A stretch of DNA of 40,443 nt from Candidatus Hydrogenedentota bacterium (GCA_034408725.1 JAWXCN010000153.1:1-40443), one strand, 5' to 3'; counted from the first letter of the stretch, positions 30,120 to 39,318 are shown. Numbers and translations: made by a program. Notes: a model not told the origin generated them from the sequence alone.

Positions 30120-30229
30120 AGTGCGCGCACGATACTATGGGTTCGGATGCCGGGTCAAAAGTTGGCGGGCGCGTGGCGGTATTTATATGGACTGCGGTAG
30201 TCGCTATCGCAATCCATATGGATCGCCTC

Positions 30230-30643
30230 CTACTCGCCCATGACCTTTACCACGACGCGCTTTTTCCGCTGTCCGTCGAATTCGGCGTAGTAGATTTGTT
30301 GCCAGGGTCCGAAATCGAGTTTGCCTTCGGTGACGGGCACAATGACCTGGTGGTGCATGATCAGGTTCTTGAGATGGGCGTCGCCGTTGGTTTCGCCCGT
30401 GAGGTGGTGCTGATAGTCGGGGTTGAACGGTGCGAGGTTCTCCAGCCATTGATCGATATCCGCTATGAGCCCGGAGTCCGCGTCGTTCACGTATACCGCA
30501 GCGGTGATGTGCATGGCGGAGACGAGCACCATACCTTCCTGTACGCCGCTTTTCGACACGATGTCTTGCACGGTGTCCGTGATGTTGATGTATTCGCGGT
30601 GTTTTTTCGTGTTGAACCAGAGATACTCTGTCGCGAATGTCAT
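30230..30643 (-). CDS. yjbQ: YjbQ/UPF0047 family protein
   Basis: [21 protein letters not shown] and [21 protein letters not shown] at 30643. Confidence 0.9.
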   Translation of the reverse strand: MTFATEYLWFNTKKHREYINITDTVQDIVSKSGVQEGMVLVSAMHITAAVYVNDADSGLIADIDQWLENLAPFNPDYQHHLTGETNGDAHLKNLIMHHQVIVPVTEGKLDFGPWQQIYYAEFDGQRKKRVVVKVMGE

Positions 30644-30716
30644 GATTCGTGCCCCCTGCAAATGCTTTGGTATGATTGCGCCATCGGGATTATACGAAGG
30701 CGCACGCACGTAATCT

Positions 30717-31580
30717 ATGAGGCCGCACCGCACGATATGGCTCCTGGCGGGTTCGCTCGTCGCGCTCGCGGCGACGATTCTTGCCGTGCGCGACGTGCGC
30801 GCGCCAGCGGCGGACCACGGCGCGCGGGCGATGGCGGAGGTGACGCGGCACCTCTCGGAGGCGCAAATCCAGATTCCCGTCGACGCGATGAAGGCGTGCC
30901 TCGAAAAGGACCCGCAGGCGCGTCGCGCCAATACTCGGGCGCTGGTCGAGGGCGTAGCGGCGCTGGCGGAATCCGGGCGCGTGGAATCGGCGGACACGTT
31001 CTATGCGCTCGGCGTATTCCGCAGCACGGAACGTGATTACCGTGGCGCGGAAGAGGCGTTTCGCAAGGCGATTGGCATGCGGCCCGACTGGAAATGGGGC
31101 TACAACCAGTTGGGCATCGTGTTGCACTCGATTGGGCGCGCGAAGGAATCGGAGGAGATGTTTCGCAAGGCGATCGCGCTCGATCCCGAATGGGGACGTC
31201 CGCACAACGACCTCGCCATTCTGCTGCGATTGCTTGGACGTTTGGACGAGGCCGAACAGGAGGCGTTGCGCGCGCTGGAACTCGATCCCTCGAGTGTGGC
31301 GGGGTACAACAATTACGGCAATCTGCTGGTCGCGTTGGGCCGGTATGCCGAGGCGGAAGCGGCGTATCGCAAGGCAATCGCGCTCGAGCCCGACCATCCC
31401 GCGCCGTATTACAATCTTGCGTGCGTGGCGAGTTTGCAGGAACATCACGACGAAGTGGTGCCGTTGTTATTGTGCGCGATCGAGTTTGATTCGTCGTACC
31501 GGGAAGAAGCCCGGCACGACGACGACTTCGAACCGGTGCGCGGCGACAAGGCCTTCCAGATGTTGGTGGGGGCGGAATAA
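30717..31580 (+). CDS. Tetratricopeptide repeat protein with an N-terminal membrane anchor
   Basis: Repeated 34-aa units (AEEAFRKAI...[19 protein letters not shown]). Confidence 0.88.
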   Translation: MRPHRTIWLLAGSLVALAATILAVRDVRAPAADHGARAMAEVTRHLSEAQIQIPVDAMKACLEKDPQARRANTRALVEGVAALAESGRVESADTFYALGVFRSTERDYRGAEEAFRKAIGMRPDWKWGYNQLGIVLHSIGRAKESEEMFRKAIALDPEWGRPHNDLAILLRLLGRLDEAEQEALRALELDPSSVAGYNNYGNLLVALGRYAEAEAAYRKAIALEPDHPAPYYNLACVASLQEHHDEVVPLLLCAIEFDSSYREEARHDDDFEPVRGDKAFQMLVGAE

Positions 31581-31671
31581 GTAGCGCGCACCGGCCCGGC
31601 ACGGGCGAACACGGTCCGCTCGACATTACCCCATGCGCAGCCGCGCGATTCCCTCCTATCCACACTTCACG

Positions 31672-31700
31672 AGTGCAACGCCATGGGCGAATTCATTGAA
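31672..31700 (+). promoter_or_regulatory. Conserved upstream motif of the portal operon
   Basis: AGTGCAACGCCATGGGC...TTGAA, 16/17 identical to 38842-38858. Confidence 0.6.
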
Positions 31701-31728
31701 GGCGATTGGCGCTCATGGAGGACGCAGC

Positions 31729-33006
31729 ATGACGAATTGGTTGGAGTGGATGCGCGGGCGGCGGCGGCGCGAGAAAACAGTGGCGCGGCTTCCGGCAGTC
31801 GCGGCAACTTTTGGGGAACGGGAAACGCGGGGCCGCCTATCGAGTCTGTCGATTCCGGAAGACAGGCATGGCTGGGAAGCTTCGGGCACGTTCATTGGGC
31901 TTCCAAACGACACGCCGTTCCACATGTTGTCCGTATACCGGTTTCTGCGCGACGCGATACCGGACGTGTCCGACGCGGTGTGGACATGGAAGCGGCTATG
32001 CCAGACGGGGTACGACGTCGAGATTCTCCGAGCGTCGTCCGGCACGGCAAAAGAACGCGCGGCGCGGCTGATCCACGAACTCGATACGCGCGTGAATACG
32101 GGCGATCGCGGGATGGATGGCCTCCTCGATATTTTCTATACCTCGCTTTTCACCTATGGCGCGGCGGCGTTCGAGATTGTGTTGTCGCAAAGCCGCGAAA
32201 CGATTCATGACGTTGTGCCGGTTGACGTGTGGACGGTGCGGTTTCGACGCGAGAACGGTGAGCTGCAACCCTATCAGGTGCGCGACGGCAAGGAAATCCA
32301 GTTGCCTCGCGAGCGGTTTGTTTACGTCGGCTTGGACCGCGACGGCACCAATCCCTACGGACGTTCGATGCTGCGGTCGCTGCCGTTCGTGCTGAAAATT
32401 CAGCAACGGTTGATCGAAGACATGGCGAAGGCGACGCACAACGCGGGTTGGTCGAAACTGCACGTGCGATACACGCCGGAGGAACGCCAGCGCGGGGAAT
32501 CCGTCGAAGCGTACGAGCAGCGGGTGAAAGGAAATTTTGATCAACTGCGTGACAAACTTTCGGGCATCGAGGCGGACCAAAACCTGGTTACGTATGACAA
32601 CGTAAGCATTTCGTTGTTGCGCGGCGACCAACACGCCCAGATTTTCTACGACAACCACAAGGCCATCGAAGAACAGGTGATTACCGGCATGCACCTGATG
32701 CCGATCCTGCTTGGGCGGAACTACGGCACTACGGAAACCTATGGCACCGCGCAATTCGAGATCATTAACCGGCAGGTCGAAGCCGTGAACCGGAGCGTCA
32801 AGCGGATTCTGGAACGCCTCTACAACTTTGAACTGGCGCTGATGTGGGGCGAGGCGTCCGCGCGGGTGGACATGCGCACGAACCGCACTACGGATGTATT
32901 GCGCGAGGCACAGGCGCGGGCGCGGGAAATTGCGAATGCAGTGCAGCTTCGCGACGAAGGTTTCCTGACGCAGGAAGAAGCCGCGAAGTCATTGGGAATG
33001 ACTTAA
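31729..33006 (+). CDS. Phage portal protein
   Basis: 425 aa; YRFLRDAIPDVSDAV, YGAAAFEIV, NPYGRSMLRSL, PILLG...TTETYGT and DEGFLTQEEA; located directly before the protease; GGAGG RBS before ATG 31729. Confidence 0.8.
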   Translation: MTNWLEWMRGRRRREKTVARLPAVAATFGERETRGRLSSLSIPEDRHGWEASGTFIGLPNDTPFHMLSVYRFLRDAIPDVSDAVWTWKRLCQTGYDVEILRASSGTAKERAARLIHELDTRVNTGDRGMDGLLDIFYTSLFTYGAAAFEIVLSQSRETIHDVVPVDVWTVRFRRENGELQPYQVRDGKEIQLPRERFVYVGLDRDGTNPYGRSMLRSLPFVLKIQQRLIEDMAKATHNAGWSKLHVRYTPEERQRGESVEAYEQRVKGNFDQLRDKLSGIEADQNLVTYDNVSISLLRGDQHAQIFYDNHKAIEEQVITGMHLMPILLGRNYGTTETYGTAQFEIINRQVEAVNRSVKRILERLYNFELALMWGEASARVDMRTNRTTDVLREAQARAREIANAVQLRDEGFLTQEEAAKSLGMT

Positions 33007-33054
33007 GAATAGCCGCAAAACAACGCAAGAAACACAAAAAGGGACAAACAAAAA

Positions 33055-33750
33055 ATGGAACTGGAGCCGTTTGTTTTTAGACGCGAAGGCGCCCTGGTGG
33101 CAATGCGGCGCAGGGCCGAGGAAAATAACCTGACCGCGGATGTAAACGCGTTTGCGCTGCGCCCGCTCGCGGCGGAGGAATTCGCGGTGTTCACGCTCGA
33201 TTTGTGTCACAACCAGGTGGACCGCCATTTCAGCCGTTTTCCGGATGATGAACTCGACTCGATCAGCGCGATGACACCGGGGCGTCCGTTGATGGAGCGG
33301 CATGATCTGCGCGGCTCGCTGCCGCGTGGGACTTTTTTCCGTTCGACGGTGCATCGGGAATCGGACAAAGCAACGGTGCGACCGGATGTGTATGTGCTGC
33401 GCACGCGGGAGAACGAAGATTTCATTTTGAACATAGAAGGTGGTGTTTACCGCGAGACTTCGATTGGGTTTTCGTTCGAGCTGCCTGAATGTTCGATCTG
33501 CGGCAAAGACCTGCGTACGTGCGACCACGTGCCGGGGCGCACGTACGCCGATGCGCAGTGTCACTACATCATGCGAAACGTGTTGGAGGTGATCGAGGGG
33601 TCGGTGGTGCCGAGCGGTTCGCAGGGGACTGGTTTTATGTCGTTGCAGCGTGGAACTTCGGAACTTGACCAGTTGAAACCGCTGCGCGACGCCCTGAACG
33701 CTGGGCGCAAAACAGTCCACCGGCCAATCGAAGTGTGGTCGCGTGAATAA
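33055..33750 (+). CDS. Phage prohead (maturation) protease with a Cys/His zinc-finger-like insert
   Basis: NQVDRHFSRF, putative catalytic His (LMERHD) and Ser (ETSIGF), IEGSVV; insert CSICG...CDHVPG...C. Confidence 0.8.
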   Translation: MELEPFVFRREGALVAMRRRAEENNLTADVNAFALRPLAAEEFAVFTLDLCHNQVDRHFSRFPDDELDSISAMTPGRPLMERHDLRGSLPRGTFFRSTVHRESDKATVRPDVYVLRTRENEDFILNIEGGVYRETSIGFSFELPECSICGKDLRTCDHVPGRTYADAQCHYIMRNVLEVIEGSVVPSGSQGTGFMSLQRGTSELDQLKPLRDALNAGRKTVHRPIEVWSRE

Positions 33751-33798
33751 GGAAATCTTTTACCAAGAAGACACGAAGAACACGAAGAAAGAAAAGAG

Positions 33799-33990
33799 AT
33801 GGATACGAAGGAACGCTGCGCATGCGCGTATGTGCAGGACATCAAACTGGCGAACCTCGCGGATGATCTGCGGGAATTGAAGGAGCGGGTGCAGCGGCTG
33901 GAATCCACACTCGCGCGTGGCGTGATGTTGCTGCTTGCGAATCTGGCGGCGGTCGTGGTGACGTTGTTGCAACAGATTGTGCGCCCGTGA
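33799..33990 (+). CDS. Small coiled-coil plus C-terminal TM protein (XhlA/holin-like)
   Basis: 63 aa; heptad segment LADDLRELKERVQRLE followed by one hydrophobic helix; inside the head operon. Confidence 0.55.
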   Translation: MDTKERCACAYVQDIKLANLADDLRELKERVQRLESTLARGVMLLLANLAAVVVTLLQQIVRP

Positions 33991-34019
33991 CTAAAAGCCG
34001 ATTAGAGAATTAAGAAAGA

Positions 34020-34045
34020 CGCCCGGCGTGGAAGCCGGGCGCTAC
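34020..34045 (-). repeat. GTAG-type REP hairpin
   Basis: Minus strand reads GTAG-CGCCCGGC-TTCCAC-GCCGGGCG. Confidence 0.65.
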
Positions 34046-34059
34046 GGAAGGATTAGATT

Positions 34060-34761
34060 ATGTTTTGGAAACTGAGTGGCCAGAGAGACGAATCCGGTGA
34101 GGAGCAGAGCCCGCTCGCCAATGCGAAACGGTTTGTGTTGCAGCGTCATGCCGACGTTCATGGGCCGCATCTGGATTTGCGGTTGGAACAGGACGGGTAT
34201 CTGGTTGGGTTTCGCATTGATGGGTTGTGTGTCGAAGGCGAGACATGGGCGACGGAGAAGGCGCCGCACCCGGTTGATTGGCTCGACAGCGACGGCGAGA
34301 CAGTGCGGGAGGATGCGGGATTCTATGCGCTTGAGCGTGTGAACGCAGGAGAACTGCGATTGAAGCTGTACGGCGCGCGTCAGATGTTCGCCATTCATGC
34401 GGTACATGAGCCGGGGCTTTCTCCGATTGCCGTGCGCGATATTAGCGCAACGCTTCGTGCGCACTCGTTGGCGGCATCCGATGCAGCCAAACTGATCGCG
34501 GATGGATTGACCGCGCGGAGACGTGCGGTCGAGCGCTATTGCGGACTCGCGCGTGAACTGGATTCCGCGGCGTTTGACGAAGGGGTGTGCAAGCGGGCGC
34601 TCGCGGTGCTGAGCCTTGAAGAAATCCACACCCAACTTCGCGCGTACGAAGTGCGGTTCGACACAAAATATCCGCCAGCCCCTGTGTCGCAGCCGGAATC
34701 GGTTCGCCATCCCAACTTCACCGGTGCTGAAACCGCACTGGCGATCGTTCGCGAAGTGTGA
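34060..34761 (+). CDS. LigD 3'-phosphoesterase-like domain fused to a helical, scaffold-like C-terminal half
   Basis: RFVLQRH-x6-HLDLRLEQDG...HPVDW...DAG...GELRLKLYG parallels the LigD PE pattern; the C-terminal half is helical and ends in a Pro-rich segment. Confidence 0.6.
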   Translation: MFWKLSGQRDESGEEQSPLANAKRFVLQRHADVHGPHLDLRLEQDGYLVGFRIDGLCVEGETWATEKAPHPVDWLDSDGETVREDAGFYALERVNAGELRLKLYGARQMFAIHAVHEPGLSPIAVRDISATLRAHSLAASDAAKLIADGLTARRRAVERYCGLARELDSAAFDEGVCKRALAVLSLEEIHTQLRAYEVRFDTKYPPAPVSQPESVRHPNFTGAETALAIVREV

Positions 34762-34791
34762 TGGCGCTGGCGGTTAGGAATCGGTGATAAT

Positions 34792-34938
34792 GGCGAGGAC
34801 GTTGAATGTTGGCTTAGAATCCGCCAACCAGCGATGGATCGCGAATACGTGGTATCTCGTCTGGCACAACTATGCGAGTTGAAGGACGATACCGAAACGC
34901 TGAACCGCGCGCGAGCGATACTGTTGAAAACAGCATGA
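34792..34938 (+). pseudogene. Probable 3' remnant of a gene (possibly a nucleotidyltransferase-type TA partner)
   Basis: Open frame EDVE..RIRQPAMDREYVVSRLAQLCELKDDTETLNRARAILLKTA* with no convincing start or RBS; ends in an ATGA overlap with the next ORF. Confidence 0.35.
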
Positions 34939-35201
34939 AAATTCCGACACGTGAAGAACAACGCGAACTGGTCCGGTTGATGGAAGAGACCTACCAGCTT
35001 CTTGATGACATGAGGCGCGAATCCTTGCGTAATAAGCCGTATGACTGGGAAGAAGTCGATGCGTTGCCTGCGTTGGGCGATACCTATGACGGTCCGCCGC
35101 GACTCACGAGCGGATTGGTTGAGTTTCACGAGGTTTTGATGCGCGGGCGAGAGTTACATCCCCCTAAATCCCCCTTCAAAGGCGGACTTGAAGAAGGGTA
35201 G
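34935..35201 (+). CDS. Small hypothetical protein
   Basis: MKIPTREEQRELVRLMEE...PYDWEEVDAL...TSGLVEFH; ATGA-coupled start; C-terminus runs into a repeat element. Confidence 0.6.
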   Translation: MKIPTREEQRELVRLMEETYQLLDDMRRESLRNKPYDWEEVDALPALGDTYDGPPRLTSGLVEFHEVLMRGRELHPPKSPFKGGLEEG

Positions 35202-35356
35202 GGCGCGGCACGCTGTGGCGGACTTGAAGAAGTGAAGACGCGGCGCGCTGTGGCGGACTTGAAGAAGTGAAGACGCAGCACGCTGTGGGGACTTGAAGAA
35301 GGGTAGGGCGCGGCGCGCTGTGGCGGACTTGAAGAAGTGAGGACGCTGCGCGCTGC
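35181..35356 (+). repeat. Five-copy ~35-bp tandem repeat
   Basis: Units GGCGGACTTGAAGAAG(GGTAGGG/TGAAGA)CGCGGC(A/G)CGCTGT. Confidence 0.9.
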
Positions 35357-35366
35357 GCGACGGGTA

Positions 35367-36371
35367 CTATTTCAACGCGAACTTCTGAATACGGTGGTTG
35401 TACAGATCAACGACGTAGAGGCAACCCGTTGAGTCGAACGCGATACCGTGGGGTGCGAAGAATTTCGACGGTGTATCGCCCTGGCCTTCGACGACGCCTC
35501 GGATATAGGCGCCATCGTGGTTGAACTGCTGGATGCGGCCAGACACCGCGCTGACCCATAGGTTGTCCTGCGCGTCGAACTTCAGCGCGAGCGGACCTCG
35601 TAATTTTACTGGTGTGCCTTTGAACCCGGTGAACGTGCCGCCGAAGCTGCCCGGCGCATCCTTGTCATCACCCCAGCTCGCTAAATATTCTCCATCGCGC
35701 GAAAATTTCTGAATGCGGCAGTTCATGCCTTCGGTTGTCCATACATTACCTTCGGCGTCCAGCGCGACAAACTGCGGGCCGCCTGTGCGCGAATAATCGC
35801 GGTCTTTCCCGCCGAACTGTCCGGGTTCATTGCCGTACTCGCCCCATTTGAGCAGGAAATTTCCGTCGCAATCAAAGACTTGAACGCGATGATTGGTTTG
35901 ATCGGCGACATATACGCGGCCATCCTTGCTGAGCGCCAATCCTCCGGGACAGTTGAACTCGCCGTCGCCTGTGCCGCGCTTGCCCCATTGGCGCAACAAA
36001 GTGCCATCGGGCGAATACACGGAAACACAATCAATGGTGTCCTCCTTCTCGCGCGCTGCTGCGGCGAAATGGGAGATGTAGAGATTGCCGGCGGCGTCCA
36101 GCGCGAGACCGCCAGGGCCGGACAACACGGGAAACTGAGAAAGGAATTTTCCCCCAGTGTCGAATTTCTGAATGCGGTGGTTGTAATGTTCCGTGATAAA
36201 TATTTCGTCCGCGGGCGTGATGACGATATCGACCGGCGCATCGAGTTGGCCGGGTGCAGAACCTTGTCCACCCCATTCTTGGAGGAATTGAATCGTGCTT
36301 GACGCATCAGCCGCCGACGCTTGAATGGCAATCTGCAGTAGCAGGAAGACCAATGTGAACAGACGCGACAT
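35367..36371 (-). CDS. Secreted NHL-repeat beta-propeller protein
   Basis: Signal peptide; repeated WGxxGxGxGxFxxP...YVADxxNHRIQKF units. Confidence 0.9.
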   Translation of the reverse strand: MSRLFTLVFLLLQIAIQASAADASSTIQFLQEWGGQGSAPGQLDAPVDIVITPADEIFITEHYNHRIQKFDTGGKFLSQFPVLSGPGGLALDAAGNLYISHFAAAAREKEDTIDCVSVYSPDGTLLRQWGKRGTGDGEFNCPGGLALSKDGRVYVADQTNHRVQVFDCDGNFLLKWGEYGNEPGQFGGKDRDYSRTGGPQFVALDAEGNVWTTEGMNCRIQKFSRDGEYLASWGDDKDAPGSFGGTFTGFKGTPVKLRGPLALKFDAQDNLWVSAVSGRIQQFNHDGAYIRGVVEGQGDTPSKFFAPHGIAFDSTGCLYVVDLYNHRIQKFALK

Positions 36372-36477
36372 GAATATTCTGATCTCGATTGTAATACGCA
36401 TTTCCTACGCAGGTTTTATTATCGCGTCATGCGGCTAGCGCGATCAATAATATTACCAGCAATCCGGGAATTGACTT

Positions 36478-38184
36478 ATGCAAATACACGCCTGCGCCAG
36501 CCGAGGGGATATCGAACGCGTCGCGGAGCTATTGTCAAGCGGCGTCTCCACAGAATGTATTGATCCATACCACCAAACCACTCCCCTCATGGGCGCCGTA
36601 TCCAGTCCAAGGGCCGGCGTAGAAATGGCTCAATTTCTAATTGACCGGGGCGCAGACGTGAACGCGTCGTGTTGTGACTATCCCAAAACGGTTCTGGAGC
36701 ACGCTCTAAAATTTGGCGATCTTCCAAAGATAAAGCTTCTGCTCGATGCCGGCGCCAACATGGGCTGGAAACGCCCGAGCGGGTACGACGTAATGATGGC
36801 TTCGATGGAACGCGTGAACGGCGCATTCGACGAAAACCTCTTTCCTATCGTCCGACATTTAATCGATAGAGGAGTTCCCGCGAACCGAGTGACAATACAC
36901 GGTGAATCGGCGGTGCACTATGCATCGAGTGAGGGTAGATTTGACATTGTAAAATTGCTGCTTGCCGCGGGCGCGCCCGAAAGTGCGCTGAAGTGGACGG
37001 ACGTAATGCGGGGGATCGCTTTGGGGAGTCAAGAAGACGTGCAGAGTTTGCTCGTCCAAGGTGCGGACCAAACCGCGCGTGATTCCTGCGGGAGGACCCC
37101 GTGGCTGCTCTGCGCGCAGACTGGCGATGTAGCAAAAGCTAAACTGTTACTGGTGCACGGGGCAAATCCGGACGACCGTGATCGTTTGTCTTATAACGCA
37201 TTGTTTTACGCGATTATGAACGATCGGCCTGAAATGCTCTCGTGGTTGATTAACCAAGGCTTGGACGTGAACGAAGTGCTCAATTACCACCGTACGCCTT
37301 TGCGAGACGCAGCAGAAGCGGGCGCCTCGAGATGTGTACAGCGATTGATCGAGGCTGGCGCCGACATTTCGGAGCTTGATGATTTCGGCCATCCGCCGAT
37401 CGAACAGGCAGAAACCAAAGAAGTTGTAAAGCTACTTGTTGCCGCCGGCGCGGACCTTTGCGATATAAACGACGAGATGCGCGCGAGGTTGACTGGTTTC
37501 GAGGATGAAGGCTATCTAGATGTATCTAGAGATGATTATTTTCAAGGACGATATCCGCGTTTTGGAAATGCCAATGCTGAACTGATGAAAGTCGAATTCT
37601 GGAACGCGATGGTGCGAAGCGGAGTGACGGCGTATTGCGCGCGACAGGAATTCGAAGACACGGAGTCGTACGACGATCGTGCGGTTTGGTGCTTTAAACG
37701 GTTTGGCAAATCCATTACGGAGCTTCCGGATGGCCGTTTCATCGAGATCGGCGGCGAACATGAAGACCACTATGATGAGGATTTCTACATATACAATGAC
37801 GTTGTCGTTCATCATGGTAACGGAAGATTCGAAATATATGGATACCCCAAAGAGATGTTCCCTCCAACCGACTTTCATTCCGCCACGCTCGTCGGCGACT
37901 ACATTTACATCATCGGAGGACTCGGCTACCGCGGCGAAAGGCGGTTTGGCGAGACGCTCGTCTACAGGCTTCATTGTGACGGGTATACGATCGAACCAGT
38001 CGAGACATCCGCCGAAAATCCCGGTTGGATATGCCGGCACAAAGGAAAACTTGACGGAAACTCAATTGTAATCTCGGGTGGCAAAGTAAGTTCAATGGGT
38101 CCGGAGAAGGAAGAGTACGACGACAATTTCGGTCGTTATGCGTTGGATTTGTCGAGCATGAGATGGAGTCGAGTGACGGGATGA
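36478..38184 (+). CDS. Ankyrin-repeat protein with a C-terminal Kelch-like domain
   Basis: Repeated TPL..A / LL..GAD motifs; C-terminal IGGEHED, FHSATLVGDYIYIIGG and IVISGG. Confidence 0.85.
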   Translation: MQIHACASRGDIERVAELLSSGVSTECIDPYHQTTPLMGAVSSPRAGVEMAQFLIDRGADVNASCCDYPKTVLEHALKFGDLPKIKLLLDAGANMGWKRPSGYDVMMASMERVNGAFDENLFPIVRHLIDRGVPANRVTIHGESAVHYASSEGRFDIVKLLLAAGAPESALKWTDVMRGIALGSQEDVQSLLVQGADQTARDSCGRTPWLLCAQTGDVAKAKLLLVHGANPDDRDRLSYNALFYAIMNDRPEMLSWLINQGLDVNEVLNYHRTPLRDAAEAGASRCVQRLIEAGADISELDDFGHPPIEQAETKEVVKLLVAAGADLCDINDEMRARLTGFEDEGYLDVSRDDYFQGRYPRFGNANAELMKVEFWNAMVRSGVTAYCARQEFEDTESYDDRAVWCFKRFGKSITELPDGRFIEIGGEHEDHYDEDFYIYNDVVVHHGNGRFEIYGYPKEMFPPTDFHSATLVGDYIYIIGGLGYRGERRFGETLVYRLHCDGYTIEPVETSAENPGWICRHKGKLDGNSIVISGGKVSSMGPEKEEYDDNFGRYALDLSSMRWSRVTG

Positions 38185-38218
38185 TTGCAGAAAATGTGGA
38201 ACTGGCCACACGCGAGTT

Positions 38219-38452
38219 TTATTTTTTCTTTTTTGGCTTTACAGCAGTGATTACAGAGCGCAAAAAGGTATTCACCGATTCCGAAGTCTCAAAGACAGCA
38301 GCCACGTCCGGGTCCAGAACTATTGCGATCGTTCCCTGCTCCATCTTTCCGGCGAAGCGATTCGGTTTAGACTTTGCATAGTCAAAGCGGTACTCCTCTC
38401 GCATTTCATCGTTAGATGACCGGTTTTTTTTCGGAGCTTGTGAATTCTTCAT
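38219..38452 (-). CDS. Putative antitoxin (BrnA-like)
   Basis: DEMREEYRFDY...NRFA...VLDPDVAAVF...VNTFLR; overlaps the 3' end of the toxin gene. Confidence 0.75.
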   Translation of the reverse strand: MKNSQAPKKNRSSNDEMREEYRFDYAKSKPNRFAGKMEQGTIAIVLDPDVAAVFETSESVNTFLRSVITAVKPKKKK

Positions 38453-38732
38453 AATCCAGACGTTCCCTTCGTGTCGCGCGCCGAGCACTTATAATCCTAA
38501 CCCCGTCCTGCCGCGCAGTAAAGCTTACAACGAGTAAGCGGCGCTTATCCGAATGGCCGATGATGATCTCCCGATGTTCGTCCGCTGAATGGACTTCATC
38601 GTCATGAATTTTTGCCAATCGATCCAACATTACGGATCGGGCTTCTTCGAACATTATCCCATGTTTCGCGAAATTGGCGCCGGCCTTTTGGGGATCCCAT
38701 TCGACGTACAAGCCTGAATCCTCATAAGTCAA
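38412..38732 (-). CDS. brnT: BrnT-family (DUF497) ribonuclease toxin
   Basis: EWDPQKAGANFAKHGIMFEEA...RIISARRATRRE. Confidence 0.9.
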   Translation of the reverse strand: MTYEDSGLYVEWDPQKAGANFAKHGIMFEEARSVMLDRLAKIHDDEVHSADEHREIIIGHSDKRRLLVVSFTARQDGVRIISARRATRRERLDYEEFTSSEKKPVI

Positions 38733-38841
38733 CTGTTTTGCACCGCGAATTCGGACTATATCTCATATTATCCAATCTTTTATCCGTGCATCACAAGGCT
38801 TGCCTGGACGCAATTTCGGCGCCTCGCTTCCTCCTCCCCCC

Positions 38842-38869
38842 AGTGCAACGCCGTGGGCTATTGGTTGAA
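38842..38869 (+). promoter_or_regulatory. Conserved upstream motif of the capsid operon
   Basis: AGTGCAACGCCGTGGGC...TTGAA, matching 31672-31700. Confidence 0.6.
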
Positions 38870-38915
38870 ACGTAGCCGCGGGAATCGCGGCGCAACCCAT
38901 GAGGAGATACACGCA

Positions 38916-39296
38916 ATGGCGTATGGAGATGTTGGCGGCGCGGTGACCGAACTGGTCATCACGTGCAAGACCCCCGCAAGCGGGACGGTGAGTATTTTCG
39001 CGGGCGACGCGGTGAAGCTGACGGCGGCGTACACCGTGGACAACGCGACGGATGACGATGACGCGGTGTTTGGACAGGCGATGGCGGACGCGGACACAAA
39101 TGCCGTGGCAATTCCCGTGAAGGTCCGGGGCATTTGTGTTTTTGCATACGCAGGCACAGCGCCGACAGTGGACGGCGTCAAGGGCGTCACCGCGTCGGCC
39201 ACGAACGGCAAAGTGAAGACTCCGGCGTCGGGAAATGGCAGGGGCATCAACGTGAAAGTGGACGCGGCGTCGACGCTGGTCCACGTTTTGCTGTAA
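38916..39296 (+). CDS. Phage capsid cement/decoration protein (DUF2190-like)
   Basis: 126 aa, Ala/Gly/Thr-rich and beta-type (AGDAVKL, VFGQAMADA, ATNGKVK, VHVLL); GAGGAG RBS; directly upstream of the capsid gene. Confidence 0.7.
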   Translation: MAYGDVGGAVTELVITCKTPASGTVSIFAGDAVKLTAAYTVDNATDDDDAVFGQAMADADTNAVAIPVKVRGICVFAYAGTAPTVDGVKGVTASATNGKVKTPASGNGRGINVKVDAASTLVHVLL

Positions 39297-39318
39297 CGAG
39301 AAAGGAAAAGTACACGTC

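Noticed and set aside
35181-35356. Possible CRISPR array
   Set aside because: The ~35-bp units are contiguous and the intervening parts are near-identical rather than unique spacers; no cas genes are present.
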